IMG/VR virus record: IMGVR_UViG_3300019926_000239
Location: 1-56,472 of that record
Reading direction: 5' to 3' (one strand)
Length of the DNA stretch: 56,472 bases
Origin: a virus
Lineage: Duplodnaviria; Caudoviricetes
Part shown: piece after piece, positions 37,781 to 47,143 of the stretch
How the letters are laid out: each line of letters opens with the position of its first letter
How positions within the stretch are numbered: position 1 is the stretch's first letter
Translations under genes and position numbers: made by a program
The notes under the pieces: model-generated
The model's input: the letters and a program-made list of their open reading frames with translations, nothing else
Databases searched by the model: none
What the model was told of the DNA's origin: nothing

Positions 37781-37820
37781 CCCGTGGGTGTGAGGGTGGA
37801 AAACCACCTTCCACAACGGG
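37781..37820. terminator. stem-loop between convergent genes
   Basis: CCCGT..GTG.AGGGTGG-AAAA-CCACCTT.CAC..ACGGG. Confidence 0.45.
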
Positions 37821-37822
37821 AT

Positions 37823-38149
37823 TTACTTTGAGTTAAACCGGAATTGTTCTCGTGGGTGTCTCTCTCCACCAAACCCCTCTTTCAAGAAATCCTCGTCGTG
37901 AGGTTCCGGCGGCTTCTCCTCCGACGTGGCGCGGTAGCACCCATCCGCCGGTTGGTACACCTCACCGTCGCGCTTGAGGTCGGCAAGCAACCAGGCGAGC
38001 CGTGAGGGTGAGCCACCACCCTCCTCGACAAGCGCGTGCCGTAGGTGTTCGTACGGCACACCCTCATCCCCCTCGTCGTGTTCGTGCAAGTACCTCAACA
38101 CATCGTTCCGGTGTAATTCGTCCACCTCACTCATATCGTTATCGTGCAT
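37823..38149 (-). CDS. stand-alone winged-helix protein (MCM C-terminal-like)
   Basis: GVPYEHL...LADLKRDGEVYQPADGCYRAT. Confidence 0.6.
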   Translation of the reverse strand: MHDNDMSEVDELHRNDVLRYLHEHDEGDEGVPYEHLRHALVEEGGGSPSRLAWLLADLKRDGEVYQPADGCYRATSEEKPPEPHDEDFLKEGFGGERHPREQFRFNSK

Positions 38150-38193
38150 CCCGTTAGCCTTAAGCGCACCGGCGTATTACTGAATAATACAAT

Positions 38194-38655
38194 ATGGGTG
38201 AACCCGAACCCCTACTCGACGCGGAGAGCAACGCCCGCTATCCCGAAGCGATAGTTGAGGAACTCGCAACACGCATCGGCGCTAAAGACCACGCCACGGT
38301 TGAGGCGTGCAACGTACCGGATGAGCCGGCGGAACCGTGCCACCTCATAATAGCCGTCACGGACGAGGAGTTCAACCCACGCGTACCGCCGGCGGTGGTG
38401 CGCCTACTCGAAAAGTATCCCACCGAGGTAGACCCCTCAAGCATCGAGGCGGACGACGCCGGCGTGCTACGCCTACGCGTGAACGTACACCAGGGCTTCA
38501 CGCCCGTCGAGCGCACCAACTTCGGCAAGTGGGGCAACTCGGTGGCGGTGAGCATACCACGCACCGCACTCGAATTAAGCCGGCTTGAGGAGGGCGACGA
38601 CCTGGTTATGAAGGCGCGGGAAAGTAGCATACTCTTGAGCAAGCCGCCGAGGTGA
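38194..38655 (+). CDS. AbrB/MazE/SpoVT-domain regulator
   Basis: KWGNSVAVSIP...LEEGDDL. Confidence 0.8.
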   Translation: MGEPEPLLDAESNARYPEAIVEELATRIGAKDHATVEACNVPDEPAEPCHLIIAVTDEEFNPRVPPAVVRLLEKYPTEVDPSSIEADDAGVLRLRVNVHQGFTPVERTNFGKWGNSVAVSIPRTALELSRLEEGDDLVMKARESSILLSKPPR

Positions 38656-38659
38656 GGCG

Positions 38660-40396
38660 ATGCAAGACACCAGCATCAGGGAAATAATCGACGTGGTTGA
38701 GGGCTTACCGGTGTGGAGTTGGCTACCGCCGCGTCCCCTCACGTCACGCGAGTTCGTTTGCGCGCTACCGGATACGCTACCGTACGCGTACGTAAACATC
38801 TACGCACTCACGGACGACGACTACAAGCCGGACGACACCTTCCGGTTGTTCCTCCTCAAGACGCCAAACCGGTACCACGCGGTGCGCAAAGGCGGCGGCG
38901 ATGTTAGGTGGTACCGTAGCGGCAGCGACGACGGCGACTTACCGATACAAGAGGCGGCGGAAAGCCTCACCCGCCAAATAGCCGAGGGCGAACGCCCGGT
39001 AACGGTGGCGATATGGGACGACTCGGAGGAGAAAGGTAAGAGCGGCGTGGCAACCCTCGACTATGAGAGCGCACCCGCGCGCCGGTACCTCAAGAGTCTC
39101 GACAACGTGAGCAAGCAACGCACACAACACACCTACGCGGCACCAGGCACTTTCGAGGGTTCGGACGGGCGCACGCAACCGGCAACCACGCGCCTACGCC
39201 TCGCCGTCGAGAGCGAACGCGAAACCGGCGCGTTGAGCGAGGAGGTCGATGAGGTGCCCGCCGCACTCGACCGCGCGGCGCGGCATACGTACCTAATGGG
39301 TGAGGAGGTGGCACCGTGGGAGGAGTTGGACGCCTCGGATGGATATGTAGCCGCAAGCCAATTCTACGTCAACGAATACGGCGATAGCCGCGACGTTAAC
39401 ACGGTAGCCGACTTACCGTACACCAGCACCCTCGAAAACGACGCCGAATTTGAGGTTTCCGGCGGCACTCTCGCGGTAGCCGACGAGGAGACGTTCGGCG
39501 GTGAGGCACAACGCACTACGTACGTGCCCACACGCGTCAACGTGGGCGATATAGTCGTCCGATATGGCGGCGGGTGGAAGCAACTACGCACCGCCGACCC
39601 GTTCGAGAGCGTAACGTATGACGGCGTGCAACCGAACGCGCTTGAGCCGGAGGATTATGAGGTCACGGAGACGATGTTACAAGAGGAGTCCGGCGGCAGC
39701 GCCACCCTCCTCAACGCGGCGGTCGAGGTGCCGCGTGACCAGGTGGATTTCAAATGGCAAGCGCCTACGGCAAGCCACGCGGAAACCAACAACATCGCCG
39801 GCACACCAACGTCCACAACCGCGCACTACACCGGCGAGGTTGAGGCGGTTATCGACGACCTCACTTCGTTATATGGCGACGAGATTGTTGACGAGATGTT
39901 CGACCGTGAGACGATACAAAGCACCCTCAACAACATCGAGACGTTGAGTGAGGCGCTTGCGGATGTGAGTGAGTCCGTTGAGCAATCCATCAAAAACCTC
40001 GCACCGGCAGCAAAGGCGGCGCGCAAGAGCGCCGAAAGCGTAGCCGATGGTATGGAAACCAGCGGCGTGGTCGAGGGTATGAACGACGCGCTTGAGGGTG
40101 TGGGCGCGGCACCCGACATCGAGGAGTTGACGGTAAGTGAGGAGTTCAAGGACGAAATCGAGGAGATACGTGAGAGCGCGCGCCTACGCCGTGAGGAGGA
40201 GTATGAGGAGGAGGGGATGCCGTATTCCATTTTTGAGGATGAGGACGATGGTGAGTATGAGGTGGTCGAAACCGGCGTCCCGGTACGCGAGTGGGGCAAC
40301 CTCACGGATATGGTGGAAGGTGAGTTCCCCGAGTTGAGCGAGGAGGAAGTTGAGCGGGTGGCGCAAGAGTTGGCGGATGTGGCGCGGGAACGGTAG
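38660..40396 (+). CDS. hypothetical protein, N-domain paralogous to 51992..52675
   Basis: PVWSWLPPRPLTSRE...ALP...FLLKT. Confidence 0.75.
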   Translation: MQDTSIREIIDVVEGLPVWSWLPPRPLTSREFVCALPDTLPYAYVNIYALTDDDYKPDDTFRLFLLKTPNRYHAVRKGGGDVRWYRSGSDDGDLPIQEAAESLTRQIAEGERPVTVAIWDDSEEKGKSGVATLDYESAPARRYLKSLDNVSKQRTQHTYAAPGTFEGSDGRTQPATTRLRLAVESERETGALSEEVDEVPAALDRAARHTYLMGEEVAPWEELDASDGYVAASQFYVNEYGDSRDVNTVADLPYTSTLENDAEFEVSGGTLAVADEETFGGEAQRTTYVPTRVNVGDIVVRYGGGWKQLRTADPFESVTYDGVQPNALEPEDYEVTETMLQEESGGSATLLNAAVEVPRDQVDFKWQAPTASHAETNNIAGTPTSTTAHYTGEVEAVIDDLTSLYGDEIVDEMFDRETIQSTLNNIETLSEALADVSESVEQSIKNLAPAAKAARKSAESVADGMETSGVVEGMNDALEGVGAAPDIEELTVSEEFKDEIEEIRESARLRREEEYEEEGMPYSIFEDEDDGEYEVVETGVPVREWGNLTDMVEGEFPELSEEEVERVAQELADVARER

Positions 40397-40487
40397 CCGG
40401 CGCGCGCCTACGCGCGGCACGGCGCAATATCCCGCGGTTCCACGCGGTGCTTATTCCTAACCCACGGAAGGCGTAGGGGCATACACC

Positions 40488-40543
40488 CATAAGGTATAAG
40501 TAGTACCGGTACGGACGATTAAGTAGAAGGTGAGGTGAACCAA
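40488..40543 (+). promoter_or_regulatory. dispersed promoter/leader repeat copy 10
   Basis: Identical to copy 2 through GAGGTGAACC; ATG 40544. Confidence 0.9.
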
Positions 40544-40861
40544 ATGATAACACAAACCAGCGAACTCACGGACGCACTCGAAGCCGGCGACCGCATCGAA
40601 GTAACGTACACCAGCAACCAAAGCGGCAACCGCAAGACACTCACCGGCACCGTTGAAAGCGTAGCCGGCAGCACAACCGGCGGCTACGACTTCGGTGAGG
40701 TCAACCTTACGACGGACGAGGGCGACCAACGCCGCATCAACGCGCAACCGGTAGACGACTTCAAGGTTGAGGCGCGCGTCAACGACCTCGACACCGGCAA
40801 GCACCACACCCGCAAGATAAACGCCACCGCGACCGACGTGGGCGTTGAGGTGGTGGCGTAA
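40544..40861 (+). CDS. hypothetical cassette protein
   Basis: After repeat copy 10; LEAGDRIEV resembles LEEGDRIQF of 1932..2231. Confidence 0.8.
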   Translation: MITQTSELTDALEAGDRIEVTYTSNQSGNRKTLTGTVESVAGSTTGGYDFGEVNLTTDEGDQRRINAQPVDDFKVEARVNDLDTGKHHTRKINATATDVGVEVVA

Positions 40862-41068
40862 ATGAGCGCACTCGACAGCCTCAAGAGCGACGACGACGTG
40901 CGCACCCTCAACACCAGCGAAGGCACGTGGATTGTATGGGTACCGCCACAACCCGCGCGCCACGTGCCGGACATCGTTGAGGTGTGGGACGAAACCCAGG
41001 ACGAATATGAGGTAACGCACCGCGGCACCACGGAAAACAGCACCGCGTACGAACTCACGCGCAAGTAA
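40862..41068 (+). CDS. hypothetical protein
   Basis: Abuts upstream stop, GAGGTGG SD. Confidence 0.7.
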   Translation: MSALDSLKSDDDVRTLNTSEGTWIVWVPPQPARHVPDIVEVWDETQDEYEVTHRGTTENSTAYELTRK

Positions 41069-41123
41069 GCCGGCGTTTCACCAACCCCACAACCATTTTA
41101 ACCGCTATCCACGTAAGCGAGGT

Positions 41124-43514
41124 ATGGAGTTTTCGGAGTTACCACAACCGGAACGCAAAGAGCGGGTGAACCCGGACGAGTTGGATGTGGATGGCGATAA
41201 CCCCAACGCGATGAGCGGGGCAACCCTCGACCTCCTCAAGCAAAAGATACGCGACCGCGGGTGGATAGGCAACCACATAATAGCCGATACAGACGGGCTT
41301 ATAGCCGACGGCGAACACCGGTGGCGCGCCGCCCGCGACCTCGGGCTTGACGAGGTGCCGGTGAAGTTCTACGACCTCACCGACGAGGAACGCCGGCTTA
41401 TACGCCAAGAACTCAACAAGATACGCGGCGAACACGACGCCGGCGACGACGCCGATGAGTACGAACGCCTACTCGAAAACGGCTACGATGAGGAGTTGGG
41501 CGACCTCCTCGACGCCACCAGCGACACCGGTGAGTTGAGTGAGGTGCTACAAGAGGCGAAGGATAGTGAGCAAGAGCGCACCGAGGAGATAGTTAAAGAG
41601 GTGGAACCGGAATACAACCTCGAAAACCCCACCACCAACTCACTCGCCGACGACTTCGGCGCACCACCCATAAGCGTCCTCGACGCGAATCAACCGTATT
41701 GGCGTGACCGGAAGCAAGAGTGGCGGGAAACCACCGGCTTGGGTGACATAGACGAGGCGCGTGAGGAGATACAAACCACGTCGAGCGAACGGATGAACCG
41801 TAGCGGCACCGGCAGCACCACAAGCATATTCGACCCCGTGCTTGCGGAACTCATGTACCGGTGGTTCGCACCAAGCAACGCCACCGTCCTCGACCCGTAC
41901 GCCGGCGGGTTAGTACGCGGCGCACTCGCATCCTGGTTCGGGCATGAGTACCACGGCGTTGACATAAACGAGGAACAGATAGAGGTCAACCGCCGCCGGT
42001 GGGACGAGGAGGTGACGCCGCCCGAAACCGCGCCGGACAGCGTAACGCCGCCCACATACCACCACGGCGGCGCGCAAGACATCCCCGAGCCACTCGACGA
42101 CGGCGCACCGGACGAGTACGAGTTCATACTCGCGTGCCCACCATACCACGACCTCGAAGAATACACCGACCAAGAGAACGACCTATCGAACATGGCGTAC
42201 GACGAGTTCTTGATGCACTACCGTGAGAGCATCATAAACGCCGCCGACCTCCTCAAAGACGGGCACTTCGCCGTCTACGTAGTCGGCGACGTACGCGACG
42301 ACGAGGGCGCATACCGCGGTTTGGTAGCCGACACCATCAAGTGCGCACAGAACGCGGGCTTGAGCCTATACAACGACGCCGTGATGCGCACACCACTCGG
42401 CAGCGTACAACTCCGCGCCCGCAACTTCTTCGTCCCAGGGCGCAAACTCGTCAAAAGCCACCAAAACATCCTCGTATTCTACAAAGGCACGGAACCGGAT
42501 ATACACGCCATCGAGGAGACGCACGGTGAGCCAAATGAGGCGGTGGATATGAAGGCGGATAGCGTGGTGCGTGAGCAAGTAGCCAAAGAGGAGGACGAGG
42601 CGGCAACCAACGGCACCACGGAAACAACCACCAGCGAAGAAACCACCAACGCCGACGAGTTCACACCACCCACCGACCACACGCCCGACGTATCACCTAT
42701 CGAGGAGTACCAACACAACGGCGGCACCGTACACGTGAAACGCGACGACGCCTACGTGTGGGCGGGCGTACGCGGCATCAAAGGGCGCGCACTCAACCAA
42801 CTCATCAACGAAGCCGACCTCGACCAGCACAACGGCATAACGATGGCGTGCGCACGCCAAAGCCCCAACACCATACGCATCGCCAACCTCGGCGAGTACC
42901 TCGACGTTGAGGCGCACGTCCACACCTCACACGGCGGTTATACCGAAGTAATGGAAATCGCCGAACAACAAGGCGCAACCATACACCAGCATAAACCAGG
43001 GTACATGAACGTCATCAAATCCAAAGCGCAAGAGGACGCCGAGGAGAACCACCGCCTACTCATCCCCTTCGCCGTAAAACACCCGGTGGCGCGTGACGTA
43101 GCCGCCACACAAACCACCAACGTACAACAACACATCGACGAGGAGGAACCCAACCGCATCGTAGCACCCGTCGGCAGCGGCACAAGCCTAAGCGGTTATC
43201 TCAAAGGGCTACACGAAGCCGGCTACACCAACACACCCATACTCGGCGTCAAAGTAGGCAACGACCCCACGCCCACCCTTAACGAACTATATCCTGGGTG
43301 GCGGGAAAACCACGACGCCACCGTTGAGTTGGTGGAAAGCGACCTCGAATACCAAGAGACGCCACCCACTAACAAACAACTCCTCGGCACCGGCAGCCAA
43401 CGCCTAAGACTCGACCCCAACTACGAGGCTAAAGCAATCCCTCACTTAAAAGAGGGCGACCTTATGCTTGTCGTCGCACTACGTAGCACACTACCACCAC
43501 ATCCGTACGAATAA
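41124..43514 (+). CDS. ParB/Srx + amino-methyltransferase + fold-type II PLP enzyme fusion
   Basis: NPNAM, IADGEHRWRAA (ParB); VLDPYAGG, GVDI, ACPPY (MTase); VKRDD..GIKGR, PVGSGTSLSG, LDPNYEAKA (ACC deaminase/D-cysteine desulfhydrase-like). Confidence 0.85.
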   Translation: MEFSELPQPERKERVNPDELDVDGDNPNAMSGATLDLLKQKIRDRGWIGNHIIADTDGLIADGEHRWRAARDLGLDEVPVKFYDLTDEERRLIRQELNKIRGEHDAGDDADEYERLLENGYDEELGDLLDATSDTGELSEVLQEAKDSEQERTEEIVKEVEPEYNLENPTTNSLADDFGAPPISVLDANQPYWRDRKQEWRETTGLGDIDEAREEIQTTSSERMNRSGTGSTTSIFDPVLAELMYRWFAPSNATVLDPYAGGLVRGALASWFGHEYHGVDINEEQIEVNRRRWDEEVTPPETAPDSVTPPTYHHGGAQDIPEPLDDGAPDEYEFILACPPYHDLEEYTDQENDLSNMAYDEFLMHYRESIINAADLLKDGHFAVYVVGDVRDDEGAYRGLVADTIKCAQNAGLSLYNDAVMRTPLGSVQLRARNFFVPGRKLVKSHQNILVFYKGTEPDIHAIEETHGEPNEAVDMKADSVVREQVAKEEDEAATNGTTETTTSEETTNADEFTPPTDHTPDVSPIEEYQHNGGTVHVKRDDAYVWAGVRGIKGRALNQLINEADLDQHNGITMACARQSPNTIRIANLGEYLDVEAHVHTSHGGYTEVMEIAEQQGATIHQHKPGYMNVIKSKAQEDAEENHRLLIPFAVKHPVARDVAATQTTNVQQHIDEEEPNRIVAPVGSGTSLSGYLKGLHEAGYTNTPILGVKVGNDPTPTLNELYPGWRENHDATVELVESDLEYQETPPTNKQLLGTGSQRLRLDPNYEAKAIPHLKEGDLMLVVALRSTLPPHPYE

Positions 43515-43631
43515 CCCTCCTCTTTTTGCATCAACGGCACGCCACCAACACGCCGCCACACGAAACCACGTGACGCCGCGCCGGTGCCGCAACTCATAAG
43601 AGTCCGAACGGCGTACCTCAAGCGAACGCAA

Positions 43632-44168
43632 ATGGGCGGCAAAGGAAGCGGCAGCAAAATCGAAGGCAAGTACCGCAACGTGAACGTACCAGCAAACAAA
43701 GAGCCGGATGAGTACGAAACCGCGGAGAGGCGTAGCGAAATCCTCGACGCAATCATCGAGGTCGGGCACCCGGATATGTTGAGCCGCACCGAGTTGGCGG
43801 CACGGTATGGCGTAGACCCCTCAACCATAACCCGCGATATTGACCGGCTTGCGGAGGAGGTGAATAGTGAGTTAGCCGACGACGCAGCACTCATCACCCA
43901 AACGGTGTTCCGCAAGAGCATCAAGGCGAAGATGGATGAGGGTGAGTATATGGAAGCGAAGGAGTTGGTTATGGATTGGAACGAGTACCTATTCGAGACG
44001 GGCACCCAGGCACGGGCACCGGAACGCATCGAGAAAACGGTTCGTGAGGCGGGCAAAAAGAGCGAGGCGTATGAGATTGTTGAGGACGACGAGGCGGTTG
44101 AGGCGGAGTTCGTTGAGGCGGAGGAGGTTGAGGAGTTGCCTACGGGTGAGGGCGACGGTGAGGCGTAG
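43632..44168 (+). CDS. putative terminase small subunit (HTH)
   Basis: SRTELAARYGVDPSTITRDI; upstream of TerL. Confidence 0.65.
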   Translation: MGGKGSGSKIEGKYRNVNVPANKEPDEYETAERRSEILDAIIEVGHPDMLSRTELAARYGVDPSTITRDIDRLAEEVNSELADDAALITQTVFRKSIKAKMDEGEYMEAKELVMDWNEYLFETGTQARAPERIEKTVREAGKKSEAYEIVEDDEAVEAEFVEAEEVEELPTGEGDGEA

Positions 44169-44200
44169 CATTTTAGCCGCGGCGGGGCGTTAACCAGGGT

Positions 44201-44311
44201 ATGCCAGGTCAAGAGTTCGCCGCGCAACCGTCTACGTGCCCCGAGTGTGATAGTCCCGTGGTTAATGGTGAGTGTGTGCGTGCCGGTTGTAACTACACCG
44301 TCGAGGAGTAA
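44201..44311 (+). CDS. 36-aa zinc-finger microprotein
   Basis: MPGQEFAAQPSTCPECDSPVVNGECVRAGCNYTVEE; TTTTAG about 30 bp upstream. Confidence 0.6.
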   Translation: MPGQEFAAQPSTCPECDSPVVNGECVRAGCNYTVEE

Positions 44312-44589
44312 CCGCGCGGAACCGCGGCTTACCACTCGCTCGCTAAAAACGACGAGACTCCTCCACGGCAGCGAGGGAACCCGTCGTTTCCGGCGAGTGT
44401 TTGTAAAGTTCTCGGACGAGAAAGCGAGGGAACCGTCAAGTTCGAGCGAGGGAACCGTCGTATAAGATACGAGGGATGTAAAGTTCGAGGGAAAGTCTCG
44501 TCCACGTATGTGGAGGAAAATACGAGGCTCCCCTCGCCGGAACGCCACAACTCATAAACCGGCGGGTGCCGTACCGCACTCCACCGCGT

Positions 44590-44663
44590 AGTCCCGTGGT
44601 GTAGTTGGGCAATCATACGGCGCTTTGGACGCCGCGACCGAGGTTCGAAACCTCGCGGGACTA
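44590..44663 (+). tRNA. tRNA-Gln(TTG)
   Basis: Acceptor AGTCCCG/CGGGACT, anticodon arm CGGCG-CTTTGGA-CGCCG, T arm CGAGG-TTCGAAA-CCTCG; no encoded CCA. Confidence 0.92.
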
Positions 44664-44684
44664 TAAACGCAAGCGGGCGCTTAC

Positions 44685-44851
44685 TTTACGGTAAAGTTAC
44701 GGTAAAGAGGTGGCAAACGGGAACCCAGGCACGGCGTAGCGTTTACGGTAAATTTACGGTAAACACCACCACCGAAACGCCTAAGTTTACGGTAAATTTA
44801 CGGTAAACACCACCACCGAAACGCCTAAGTTTACGGTAAATTTACGGTAAC
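44685..44851. repeat. eight 11-bp quasi-palindromes TTTACGGTAAA in four pairs, partly within a 44-bp tandem repeat
   Basis: Copies at 44685, 44696, 44742, 44753, 44786, 44797, 44830, 44841. Confidence 0.95.
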
Positions 44852-44853
44852 GT

Positions 44854-45102
44854 ATGCCACCGGACGGTTATGAGACTCTTACGGTGCCGGAGGAGGTTGC
44901 GGCACTCATCCGCGACGACAAGAGTGAGGGCGAAAACCTGGGTGAGTATCTACGCCGGCAAGTACGCGGCAACGGCAGCGGCAACCAAGAGCCAACGCAC
45001 ACCACCGCCGAGGTACGTGAGGAGGTCGAGGAGTTACGCGACGAGGTTGAGCGGCTACCTATGGACGTGGTGGATGAGTTGGAAGCGCGGCAGCGCCACT
45101 AA
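44854..45102 (+). CDS. small RHH/antitoxin-like regulator with coiled coil
   Basis: YETLTVPEEVAALIRDDKSEGENLGEYLRR. Confidence 0.65.
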   Translation: MPPDGYETLTVPEEVAALIRDDKSEGENLGEYLRRQVRGNGSGNQEPTHTTAEVREEVEELRDEVERLPMDVVDELEARQRH

Positions 45103-45114
45103 CCTCCTCAACCC

Positions 45115-46326
45115 GTGCCCAAGATAAAACGGCGGTGGACACCGCACACGATACAACGCCGCATCCTCAACGACGAGACGCGGTTCCGCGTGGTAGCCGC
45201 GGGACGCCGCACGGGCAAAACCACGTTCGCACGGAACGACTGTTTTGAATACGCGTGGCAGAACCCAGGTGCCTACGTGTGGTATGTAGCACCCACCGAC
45301 GCGGATGCACGGGAACTCGCGTTTGAACCACTCGTCAACGAAATCATACCGGAAGCCGCGCTTGATGGTGAGCCGAAGCGTTCCTCACCACGTGAGATAT
45401 ACCTAACCAACGGGAGCCGGATACAGATACGTAGCGCGCGCACCTCAAGCCGCGGGCGTGGACTCGACCGCGCCTACTTAGACGAGGCGTGTGAGTACGG
45501 CGGCGACTATTGGAAGGAGGTCGTACGCCCGTCACTCTCCGACAAAGAGGGCGGCGCACTCATCATGTCCACACCCCAGGGACGTAACTACTTCTACGAC
45601 CTCTTTCAACGCGGCGGCGACGACTCATATCCCGAGTGGAGTAGCCACCACGCCACCACGTACGACAACCCGCACGTGCCGGATAGTGAGGTCGAGAAAG
45701 CGCGACGTACGCTACCGGAACGCGTGTTCACTCAAGAGTACCTCGCCGAGTTCCACACGGACGAGGGCGCGGTGTTCCCCGACCCCGACGACGCTACTAA
45801 ACCCTACGCACTCGATGATGTGAGCGGGAACGCACCGTACGCCACCGGCGTGGACTTAGCGCGTTCAAGCAACTACCTGGTGGCGGCAACCCTCGATAAG
45901 AGCGGTATGCTTGTGGACTTGATGAGGACGCGCGGTGGTAGTTGGGCGCGGGCGCAACGCCGCCTAAGCACGTACCTCGCGGAGTACCCAGGCGTGGCGT
46001 ACATGGACGCCTCACGGGACAACAAAGTTATCGAGGACTTGAGCCGTGAGTTACGTGAGGTACAAGTCGAGCCGGTGAGGTTCACCGCCTCAAGTAAACA
46101 GAATATGATTGAGAATCTCGCGGCGCGGCTTGAGACGGCGGATATTATACTACCGCGTGACGGCGAACACGTGGATACGTTGCGGACGGAGTTGCGGGCG
46201 TATGAGTATGAGACTACGGACGCCGGTAACGTACGCTACGGTCCACCGGAAGGGTATAACGACGACTGCGTGGATGCGCTTGCGCTTGGGGCGAAGGAGA
46301 CTAAGCAAGCGAAAAGCACTTGGTAA
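45115..46326 (+). CDS. terL: terminase large subunit
   Basis: AGRRTGKT, YLDEA, STPQG, GVDLA, NDDCVDALA. Confidence 0.95.
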   Translation: MPKIKRRWTPHTIQRRILNDETRFRVVAAGRRTGKTTFARNDCFEYAWQNPGAYVWYVAPTDADARELAFEPLVNEIIPEAALDGEPKRSSPREIYLTNGSRIQIRSARTSSRGRGLDRAYLDEACEYGGDYWKEVVRPSLSDKEGGALIMSTPQGRNYFYDLFQRGGDDSYPEWSSHHATTYDNPHVPDSEVEKARRTLPERVFTQEYLAEFHTDEGAVFPDPDDATKPYALDDVSGNAPYATGVDLARSSNYLVAATLDKSGMLVDLMRTRGGSWARAQRRLSTYLAEYPGVAYMDASRDNKVIEDLSRELREVQVEPVRFTASSKQNMIENLAARLETADIILPRDGEHVDTLRTELRAYEYETTDAGNVRYGPPEGYNDDCVDALALGAKETKQAKSTW

Positions 46327-46563
46327 CGGCGCGGTTATGTGCGGGTGCCGCGTAACCGACCGCGAACCTACAACGCCCGCGGGCAACCGCGTGGCGTAAG
46401 TCGAAATATCCGTGTGACCGCCTCATCGGAGGCGCGGTACACTACGACGGCATATTGGTATTGTCAAGCCGTGGGAGGGCTAAAGCATACTATACTCGAC
46501 CGTCACACCGCGGCGTCCTGGTGGGCGCGCCGCGTTTTTGAGAACCGTACCGCGTAGCGCCGC

Positions 46564-46797
46564 CTACGTGCCGCGCCCGCGTTCCTCGTTCCTGGTTTCA
46601 GGGTGCCGGCGTTCGGCAGCGCGCGCAACCTCCTCACCACACTCGGGGCACGACACGGTTTTGTAGTACGTGCCGTCCTCCTCGTCGGTGCCGTGGATGC
46701 ACTCACTCGCAAGCGCTTCGTGGTAGCACTCGTCGCACTCGAACTTCGGTTCGGGTTCCGGCGGGCGCTTGCGTGGCGTAGGACTACGGCGCGCCAT
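46564..46797 (-). CDS. small zinc-finger protein
   Basis: CDEC...CPECG; abuts upstream stop. Confidence 0.7.
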   Translation of the reverse strand: MARRSPTPRKRPPEPEPKFECDECYHEALASECIHGTDEEDGTYYKTVSCPECGEEVARAAERRHPETRNEERGRGT

Positions 46798-46959
46798 CTA
46801 AACCACCCGCCCACTCACGGCGGTGAAATCGAAGCCGTCCATCATGTACGGCGCATCCTCCAGGGCGGCTTCCACCGCTTCCTCGTCACTCTCCGCCACA
46901 ACCGTTATTTCCCGCGTCTGTCCTACGTTGCTTTCGACCGTTATTGTGTATTCTTGCAT
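46798..46959 (-). CDS. 53-aa cassette microprotein
   Basis: MQEYTITVESNVGQTREITVVAESDEEAVEAALE... after repeat copy 11. Confidence 0.7.
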   Translation of the reverse strand: MQEYTITVESNVGQTREITVVAESDEEAVEAALEDAPYMMDGFDFTAVSGRVV

Positions 46960-47014
46960 CGGGTTCACCTCACCTTCTACTTAATACCATACACCGGTAC
47001 CACTTATACCTTTG
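46960..47014 (-). promoter_or_regulatory. dispersed promoter/leader repeat copy 11
   Basis: Reverse complement CAAAGGTATAAGTGGTACC...GTAGAAGGTGAGGTGAACCCG-ATG. Confidence 0.9.
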
Positions 47015-47143
47015 GGAACAACATCGCCGCGACGTATGGCGATTCCTCGAACGGCACCGCATAGAACCGCGTATTACCGCGGCGCACGGCGCGCACGCGG
47101 CGCAAGCGTTCCACTCGACGAGACTCTCGCGCAACCCGGAACG

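Noticed and set aside
43442-44548. 368-aa minus-strand ORF
   Set aside because: Overlaps TerS and a microgene in antisense and has non-halophilic composition.
44590-44663. tRNA as attP or prophage boundary
   Set aside because: No integrase, no duplicated tRNA 3' end, and viral genes on both sides.
46339-46557. 72-aa ORF after terL
   Set aside because: Basic composition, no clear SD or motif; left uncalled.
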